Positions 59,401-64,000 of a stretch of DNA of 64,000 bases are shown in pieces (within the stretch, counting starts at the first letter, position 1; each line of letters starts with the position of its first letter). The DNA comes from Schaedlerella sp. (GTDB lineage: Bacteria > Bacillota > Clostridia > Lachnospirales > Lachnospiraceae). The DNA lies in contig JAXJUL010000027.1 of NCBI GenBank assembly GCA_036309085.1, positions 1,408 to 65,407 of the forward strand. Direction: 5' to 3'. A program made the position numbers and the translations under genes. Under the pieces are notes generated by a model. That model was not told the DNA's origin and did no database searches. It saw only the letters and a program-made list of their open reading frames with translations.

Positions 59401-59671
59401 CAAGGTTTGGCAAAAGTGCATCTGGACGTTCTTTTGCAATAATCTGCTCCAGACGTTCCACATTGAGCGGTTCGATATAGGTAACGTCCGCTGTCTCTGG
59501 ATCTGTCATAATTGTGGCAGGGTTGGAATTGACAAGTACGATCTCATAACCAAGTTTTTTTAATGCTTTGCAGGCCTGAGTACCAGAGTAGTCAAATTCA
59601 CATGCCTGTCCGATCACAATAGGACCAGAACCAATAATAAGTACTTTATGTATATCTGTTCTTTGTGACAT
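56447..59671 (-). CDS. carB: Carbamoyl-phosphate synthase large subunit
   Basis: GSGPIVIGQACEFDYSG, HTGDS, EINPRTSRSS, NRIGQGIEFDY, MGS-like C-terminus; GGGAGGA RBS favours ATG 59671. Confidence 0.97.
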   Translation of the reverse strand: MSQRTDIHKVLIIGSGPIVIGQACEFDYSGTQACKALKKLGYEIVLVNSNPATIMTDPETADVTYIEPLNVERLEQIIAKERPDALLPNLGGQSGLNLCAELNSAGILKKYNVEIIGVQADAIERGEDRIEFKKAMDSLGIEMARSEVAYSVDQALEIADKLDYPVVLRPAYTMGGEGGGLVYNKEELRTVCARGLQASLVGQVLVEESILGWEELELEVVRDKDNNMITVCFIENIDPLGIHTGDSFCSAPMLTISEEVQMRLQEKSHKVVESVQVIGGCNVQWAHDPKTDRDVIIEINPRTSRSSALASKATGFPIALVSAMLATGLTLKDIPCGKYGTLDQYVPSNDYIVLKFARWAFEKFKGVEDKLGTQMRAVGEVMSIGKTYKEALQKAIRSLETGRYGLGHAKDFDTMTKEELLQLLITPTSERHFVMYEALRKGATIEEIHELTKVKAYFIEQMKELVEEEEALLQFKGSLPADEALISTKKNGFSDKYLSQILEVSEEDIRNRRISLGVEEAWEGVHVSGTENNAYYYSTYNAEDKNPVSEEKPKIMILGGGPNRIGQGIEFDYCCVHASLALKKLGFETIIVNCNPETVSTDYDTSDKLYFEPLTLEDVLSIYKKEKPLGVIAQFGGQTPLNIAADLEKNGVKILGTSPAVIDLAEDRDLFRAMMDKLEIPMPESGMATTVEEAIAIADEIGYPVMVRPSYVLGGRGMEVVYDEESMVGYMKAAVGVTPDRPILIDRFLDHALECEADAISDGTHAFVPAVMEHIELAGVHSGDSACIIPSAHISPDNVATIKEYTRKIAEEMHVKGLMNMQYAIENGKVYVLEANPRASRTVPLVSKVCNIRMVPLATEIITSELTGKPSPVPELKEQVIPNYGVKESVFPFKMFQEVDPVLGPEMRSTGEVLGLSASYGEAFYKAQEATQSRLPLEGNVLLSVTDKDKADAIAVAKILSDNGFNIYATNATHRALEAVGIPAKRVKKLQEGRPNTVDLITNGKIDLVINSPSGKRSVHASGYMRKAAIKAKIPYITTIAAAKAAVKGIRYVKTHESGEVKSLQQLHSEIHDK

Positions 59672-59940
59672 AATCATTCCTCCCTATGGTACTCCATTAT
59701 ATAGAAAAATCAAAAAACCTCAAGTACTTTCTTTGTTTAATGTGGTAAAATTTTTCGATATAATTTGAATTTCCAGTAAAAAATGGGTTGAAATTATAAG
59801 AAGATGGTGTTATCTTCTATAAAATAAAAAGAAAATAATTGATTTATAGAAAATGATTGTTTATAATTAATTCCGTATTAAAAGTAATTTATAAGTCAAT
59901 AGATTTCAAATTTAATTTTAATTTCGCAGGAGGAGTTATC

Positions 59941-60924
59941 ATGGATTCAAACAAAAGACCAGAAACTATGGAACGTATTACTACACCTGAACTGGCTGAA
60001 GCATTTATTGCAGAGCAGGTTGCAGCAGTACAGGAACAGGTTGGCGACAAGAAGGTATTATTAGCATTATCAGGTGGTGTAGACAGTTCTGTTGTTGCAG
60101 CACTTCTCATTAAAGCAATCGGCAAGCAGCTTGTTTGTGTACACGTTAATCATGGATTAATGCGTAAAGGCGAAAGTGAGCAGGTTATTGAAGTATTTGG
60201 TAAAGAATTAGATGCTAACTTAGTATATATTGACGCAACAGATCGCTTCCTTGACAAATTAGCAGGGGTTGCAGAACCAGAAAAGAAACGTAAGATTATC
60301 GGTGAAGAATTTGTTCGTGTATTCGAAGAAGAATCAAGTAAATTAGAAGGAATTTCTTTCCTTGCACAGGGAACAATCTACCCGGATATTCTTGAATCTG
60401 ACGGTGTAAATGCTCATCATAACGTAGGTGGACTTCCAGAAGATTTCAAATTTGAAGGATTAGTAGAACCAGTTAAATTACTTTACAAAGATGAAGTGCG
60501 TGTAGTAGGTAAGGCACTTGGTCTTCCAGCAGAGATGGTTGACCGCCAGCCATTCCCAGGTCCAGGTCTTGGGGTTCGTTGTACAGGTGCTATCACAAGA
60601 GATCGTTTACATGCTCTTCGTGAATCAGATGCTATTCTTAGAGAAGAATTTGCTAAGTGTGGTCTTGCTGATCAGATCTGGCAGTTCTTCACAGTAGTAC
60701 CAGATATCAAAACAACTGGTGTACTTGATGGAAAGCGTCTTGACAACTGGCCAGTAATCATTCGTGCCGTTAATACTGTAGATGCTATGGTAGTTACAGT
60801 TCCAGAAATCGACTGGGCAATTCTGAAGCATATTACAGACCGTATTTTAGCAGAGGTTGACGGAGTATGTCGTGTATGTTACGATCTTAGTCCAAAGCCA
60901 ATTTCTACAATCGAGTGGGAATAA
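59941..60924 (+). CDS. guaA: GMP synthase, ATP-pyrophosphatase + dimerisation domains only (no GATase domain)
   Basis: ALSGGVDSSV, LAQGTIYPD, HHNVGGLP, RQPFPGPGLGVR, KPISTIEWE; GGAGG RBS before ATG 59941. Confidence 0.88.
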   Translation: MDSNKRPETMERITTPELAEAFIAEQVAAVQEQVGDKKVLLALSGGVDSSVVAALLIKAIGKQLVCVHVNHGLMRKGESEQVIEVFGKELDANLVYIDATDRFLDKLAGVAEPEKKRKIIGEEFVRVFEEESSKLEGISFLAQGTIYPDILESDGVNAHHNVGGLPEDFKFEGLVEPVKLLYKDEVRVVGKALGLPAEMVDRQPFPGPGLGVRCTGAITRDRLHALRESDAILREEFAKCGLADQIWQFFTVVPDIKTTGVLDGKRLDNWPVIIRAVNTVDAMVVTVPEIDWAILKHITDRILAEVDGVCRVCYDLSPKPISTIEWE

Positions 60925-61022
60925 TACCAAAAACGCTGAAAACCCGCATAAACACTGAGTTTTTGAGGTTTGAAAAAGCCTCGTGACAACGTTTTGACAA
61001 CAATTTCAGATTATTCATAAAT

Positions 61023-61068
61023 AAAGAGCTAACAGATTTTTGTTACAAAGTCTGTTAGCTCTTTTTTT
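61023..61068. terminator. Bidirectional intrinsic terminator
   Basis: aaagagctaacagatttt / aaagtctgttagctcttt plus T-run. Confidence 0.8.
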
Positions 61069-61069
61069 G

Positions 61070-62122
61070 TTAGTCATTAAATTTGTTAAGCACCTTGATA
61101 ATATGCACGGTCGATAGAACAGCATTATAGCAAAGTTCAGCATCCATTTGCGTAGCGGTTCTGTTATGGGTTAGTTCGTTTGAAAAATCAATAGAAGATT
61201 TCGCAAACTTGATTTCTCGTTCCTTACTACGCTTGTGAAGGCAGTAATGAATATACGCTTCAAGCATTCGTTTCGAGTCTGCTTTTCCAATATCTGTTCC
61301 GTCTGGTGATGGATGCTTTTCTTTATCAAAAACTGTTTGCGCCAAAGTAATCAACAACTCTCTACCATACATTCCCACGGATTGAAAATCTGCTGTTTCG
61401 TTTGCTTCAGTTAGTACTTCTTTCAGTCGAGCAATCCCATCATCAACTTTTTCCCATCCGGTTGGTTCATAACTGATTAGCTGAAGTGCGGATTCTTCGG
61501 AGTTCTGAATGGTATTTAGCAGAGGATCAAAAATGTCTTTGATAAACACACGGCGACTTTGGTATGTTTTTAGTTCTCGTAAATTATAGTCGTTATACCA
61601 ATCCCATAGATCGTTATAAGCGTGAACAGGTTCCAAACCTAACTGTTTTAATAAAGAGACCAAATAAGAATGCTTCGCCCTATATTCGTTGTTGACCTTT
61701 ACATCCCTAATTTGGAGCACACCCGTCCCAGCTTTGATCAAAGTGTCTTTTTCAGCATTAATCAAAGCAATGACTGAATCTTTATTCTCTTTAGGTGCTA
61801 TGGCTGCCCAATCTACGAACTGGTCAATCTTTGCGGCTATTTCTACGCAGGCGATAATGTTTCTCTCATCCTTATAAAAAGAATCTATTGAGTTCATTAT
61901 GGCATCCTCGTAAAGCTTTTTCAGTTCGATGATTTTTGTGTAATCTGAATACTTCAAATAAAACACAAGCTTGTATGTGTCTATACCACCATTCCAATTA
62001 TCGTGGTCAAGCCATTCAAGCGAAAATTCAGATTTCTTTATAGTCTCAACAATCGCACCTTGGTTATGCTGACGCAGATCTTGGACTGCCATTGATACGA
62101 TTTTTTTGATTAATTCTTCCAA
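61070..62122 (-). CDS. Hypothetical cargo protein, possible Abi/HEPN-like C-terminal domain
   Basis: 350-aa ORF with RBS and TTG start; helical C-terminus FQSVGMYGRELL...FSNELTHNRTA. Confidence 0.5.
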   Translation of the reverse strand: MEELIKKIVSMAVQDLRQHNQGAIVETIKKSEFSLEWLDHDNWNGGIDTYKLVFYLKYSDYTKIIELKKLYEDAIMNSIDSFYKDERNIIACVEIAAKIDQFVDWAAIAPKENKDSVIALINAEKDTLIKAGTGVLQIRDVKVNNEYRAKHSYLVSLLKQLGLEPVHAYNDLWDWYNDYNLRELKTYQSRRVFIKDIFDPLLNTIQNSEESALQLISYEPTGWEKVDDGIARLKEVLTEANETADFQSVGMYGRELLITLAQTVFDKEKHPSPDGTDIGKADSKRMLEAYIHYCLHKRSKEREIKFAKSSIDFSNELTHNRTATQMDAELCYNAVLSTVHIIKVLNKFND

Positions 62123-62139
62123 TGTTTATTCCCCATTAA

Positions 62140-62835
62140 TTATATTAAATCTTTTATGTACGACATTGGAGTGATAAGAGCAATCTTTCCTCCCGTTTCA
62201 TCACTCATTGTGCCGTGGACGATTCCGTGCAATACAGTTTTCTCTTTTGTGGCTGTTGCACACCCCATTTTTTCGTATCCCATATCAAAAACAGGACCGC
62301 CGCTATATCCACCAACACTAGGGTTTTCCAAGCAAAAGAAATCAGAAGGCGTTTGAGTGTCGGCTCTATTGAGAGTTAAAAAGGCAGAAGAAGCGTAAGA
62401 ACGGAATGTTAACGGACTAAACTTGCCTTGAACACCTAAACCGTGAGGAAACCCTATTACTGTGAGTTCATCATCTCTTGATGCTGGAACATCTGTATCG
62501 TTAATGTGATCATATGGGAAGCACCTATCTTGGAAAAGTGCAAGATGGTTTAAAATGTTTAATTCGATAACGGCCATATCTGCTATAGGGTGAATCTTCC
62601 ATGCATTTCCATTTGATAGGTCTTTTAATGGTAGAACAACGCAGTTTGACTGATGTTTACCAAAAGCCAAAACCGTATTATCATCAACTGCTTTAGCTAC
62701 ATGATCAGCTGTAAGTAGATACACCTTATTACCCTTAATGATGAAACTGCCAGTGCCAACAGAAATCTTACCGCCTGCTTTTGGTGTTCTAATATTACAT
62801 ACAACGTTAAAAAGACGATCACGAAAAATAATCAT
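62140..62835 (-). CDS. Cytoplasmic trypsin-like serine protease
   Basis: GTGSF, LLTADHV (His), ADMAV (Asp), IGFPHG, GGYSGGPV (Ser); no signal peptide; TAATG coupling to repressor. Confidence 0.88.
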   Translation of the reverse strand: MIIFRDRLFNVVCNIRTPKAGGKISVGTGSFIIKGNKVYLLTADHVAKAVDDNTVLAFGKHQSNCVVLPLKDLSNGNAWKIHPIADMAVIELNILNHLALFQDRCFPYDHINDTDVPASRDDELTVIGFPHGLGVQGKFSPLTFRSYASSAFLTLNRADTQTPSDFFCLENPSVGGYSGGPVFDMGYEKMGCATATKEKTVLHGIVHGTMSDETGGKIALITPMSYIKDLI

Positions 62836-63341
62836 TACACTTCACCGTCCTTTTTACGTTCTTTTAAAACATCGAGAGCATCCCTTGTGCGCTGTACCTC
62901 TACTTCGGGATATGTATAACGCCAACGGTCATATTCCTCTTTACTGATTTCACCGTTACGATACTTCTCTGCTTCTTTCTGCCAAGCAGTAAAACGCTCA
63001 AGCAAAGAAATGTAAGATGTTCCTCTGTTTTTATCAAGGCGGATACAAATCTCGTCATCGAGCTTATCAATCTTCAAGCCGTAAATATCCTCTAATGCAA
63101 AGAGTGTATGCATAAATCCGAGATCTGTATCAATATCAGGAACATTCAATGCCATTGTAGAAACGCCCAAAGCATTCGCAAGTGCTTCGGTTAAATCTGA
63201 TTTGGGTGTTCTTGTACCGGACTCATATTGAGCCAAGCGGATGTCGGCAGTTTTCTCCGGAAAACCGACTTTGACACCAAGAAACTTTTGTGTCATACCT
63301 TTTAGGTTACGAAAAAATCTAATTCTTTCACCAATTGCCAT
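62835..63341 (-). CDS. XRE-family repressor of the element
   Basis: IGERIRFFRNLKGMTQKFLG...RLAQYESGTRTPK. Confidence 0.9.
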   Translation of the reverse strand: MAIGERIRFFRNLKGMTQKFLGVKVGFPEKTADIRLAQYESGTRTPKSDLTEALANALGVSTMALNVPDIDTDLGFMHTLFALEDIYGLKIDKLDDEICIRLDKNRGTSYISLLERFTAWQKEAEKYRNGEISKEEYDRWRYTYPEVEVQRTRDALDVLKERKKDGEV

Positions 63342-63376
63342 AGTAATTTCACTCCTTACTTATGTGCTTTGTATTG

Positions 63377-63504
63377 AGCATAACACAAATGTTTAAGCTC
63401 TGTCAAGATAATATAAACAAAAAAGTTTAATATTTTCTCGAAAACCACTTGACTTAACGGAATATGTTTAGTATAATGAGGATAACTTAAACAAATACGG
63501 TTAA
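63377..63504. promoter_or_regulatory. Divergent promoters with four TTAAAC-N6-GTTTAA-like operators
   Basis: Plus: TTGACT(63449)-17-TATAAT(63472). Minus: TTGACA(63406-63401)-18-TATGCT with extended TG. Operators at 63379, 63413, 63454 and 63487. Confidence 0.75.
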
Positions 63505-63522
63505 GTTACTACAACTAAATGA

Positions 63523-63620
63523 CCGTCCAAGTGGGATACTTTGCCAAGACCTTCCGCAAGGAAGCGAGCGAGAAAACGCCGCTGAAAAGCAGGGGCAGGA
63601 ACAGCACTTGGGTAGAACGG
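63523..63620 (+). ncRNA. Candidate structured 5' leader RNA of xis-int
   Basis: Nested pairings ccgt/acgg, ccaagtg/cacttgg and tttgcc/ggcagg enclose hairpins cttcc-GCAA-ggaag, gcg-agaaaa-cgc and gct-GAAA-agc. Confidence 0.5.
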
Positions 63621-63661
63621 CGATCTCAAACAAGGCAAAAATAACGAAAGGAGGAACTGCA

Positions 63662-63862
63662 ATGTTTGAAGATTATTATATGACCGCAGATGAAGTTGCA
63701 AAGGCGCTCAGAATTTCAAAATCTTTTGCCTACAAGGTAATCCGAAGAATGAACGCTGAAATGCAAGAACAAGGATTTTTCACAATGGCGGGAAAAGTCA
63801 ACAAACAATTCTTTTTAGACAAGACTTGCTATGATGCAGCCAAAGTTAAGGAAAGGAAGTGA
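63662..63862 (+). CDS. xis: Excisionase-like HTH protein
   Basis: YMTADEVAKALRISKSFAYKVIRRMNAEM..QGF...AGKV; AAGGAGG RBS. Confidence 0.8.
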   Translation: MFEDYYMTADEVAKALRISKSFAYKVIRRMNAEMQEQGFFTMAGKVNKQFFLDKTCYDAAKVKERK

Positions 63863-63867
63863 TAAAA

Positions 63868-64000
63868 ATGGCTGTTTATAAAGATGAAAAAACAAATACT
63901 TGGATGGTTTACTACCGAGTAACCGATTGGAAGGGAGATCGAAAACAAAGCACAAAGCGAGGTTTCCCGACCAAGCGTGAAGCACTTGCTTGGGAACGTG
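63868..64000 (+). CDS. int: Tyrosine integrase, N-terminal arm-binding domain (partial, runs off window)
   Basis: Manual translation MAVYKDEKTNTWMVYYRVTDWKGDRKQSTKRGFPTKREALAWER; KRGF.TKREA is typical of Firmicute integrase N-termini. Confidence 0.85.
   Translation, partial: MAVYKDEKTNTWMVYYRVTDWKGDRKQSTKRGFPTKREALAWER

Larger units (their letters stand above)
60913..64000. mobile_element. Left end of an integrative element (IME/ICE/prophage-like) at the guaA 3' end; continues past window
   Basis: GAGTGGGAATAA core at guaA end, tandem TGACAAC repeats at 60984 and 60995, then cargo genes, repressor, divergent xis and tyrosine integrase. Confidence 0.8.

Noticed and set aside
59678..59940. 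Purine riboswitch or PyrR attenuator between carB and guaA
   Set aside because: Very AT-rich; no recognisable aptamer core or terminator/antiterminator found by eye
63501..63701. 66-aa minus-strand ORF over the xis leader
   Set aside because: No recognisable features; overlaps xis and is better explained by the structured leader

Overview
Low-GC Firmicute chromosome segment; gene content and style suggest Lachnospiraceae/Clostridiales (inference). Left to right: (1) the eroded tail of a polysaccharide locus (frameshifted CpsD/CapB kinase fragment, nucleotidyltransferase) and a GH31 glycosidase. (2) An ~18-kb, 17-gene, tightly coupled operon (5259-23162) matching no pathway I recognise: XRE regulator, IPP isomerase, UbiA prenyltransferase, PaaK-like adenylating ligase, a UbiU/UbiV-like U32 pair, five radical SAM/SPASM-twitch enzymes (four clear paralogues), three GT2s, UDP-glucose dehydrogenase, UDP-glucuronate decarboxylase and a glutaminase-less asparagine-synthetase-like ligase. 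(3) A single gene fusing a TIR domain, a cleanly excised GroEL apical domain and ~15 MORN repeats (24684-26867). (4) Mostly housekeeping genes: tex, peptide/nickel ABC transporter, truA, xth, CobW with a 60-bp His-rich tandem repeat, dapF, K+ channel, AsnB-like, HelD-like, deaminase, transporters, ABC-F, carB and a synthetase-only guaA. (5) The left end of an integrative element at the guaA 3' end, carrying repressor + trypsin-like protease + HEPN-like gene, a four-operator divergent switch, a structured leader RNA, xis and the start of a tyrosine integrase. The best candidates for undescribed systems are the prenyl/glycosyl/radical-SAM operon and the TIR-GroEL-MORN fusion. All family calls come from motif recognition by eye; no searches were run.
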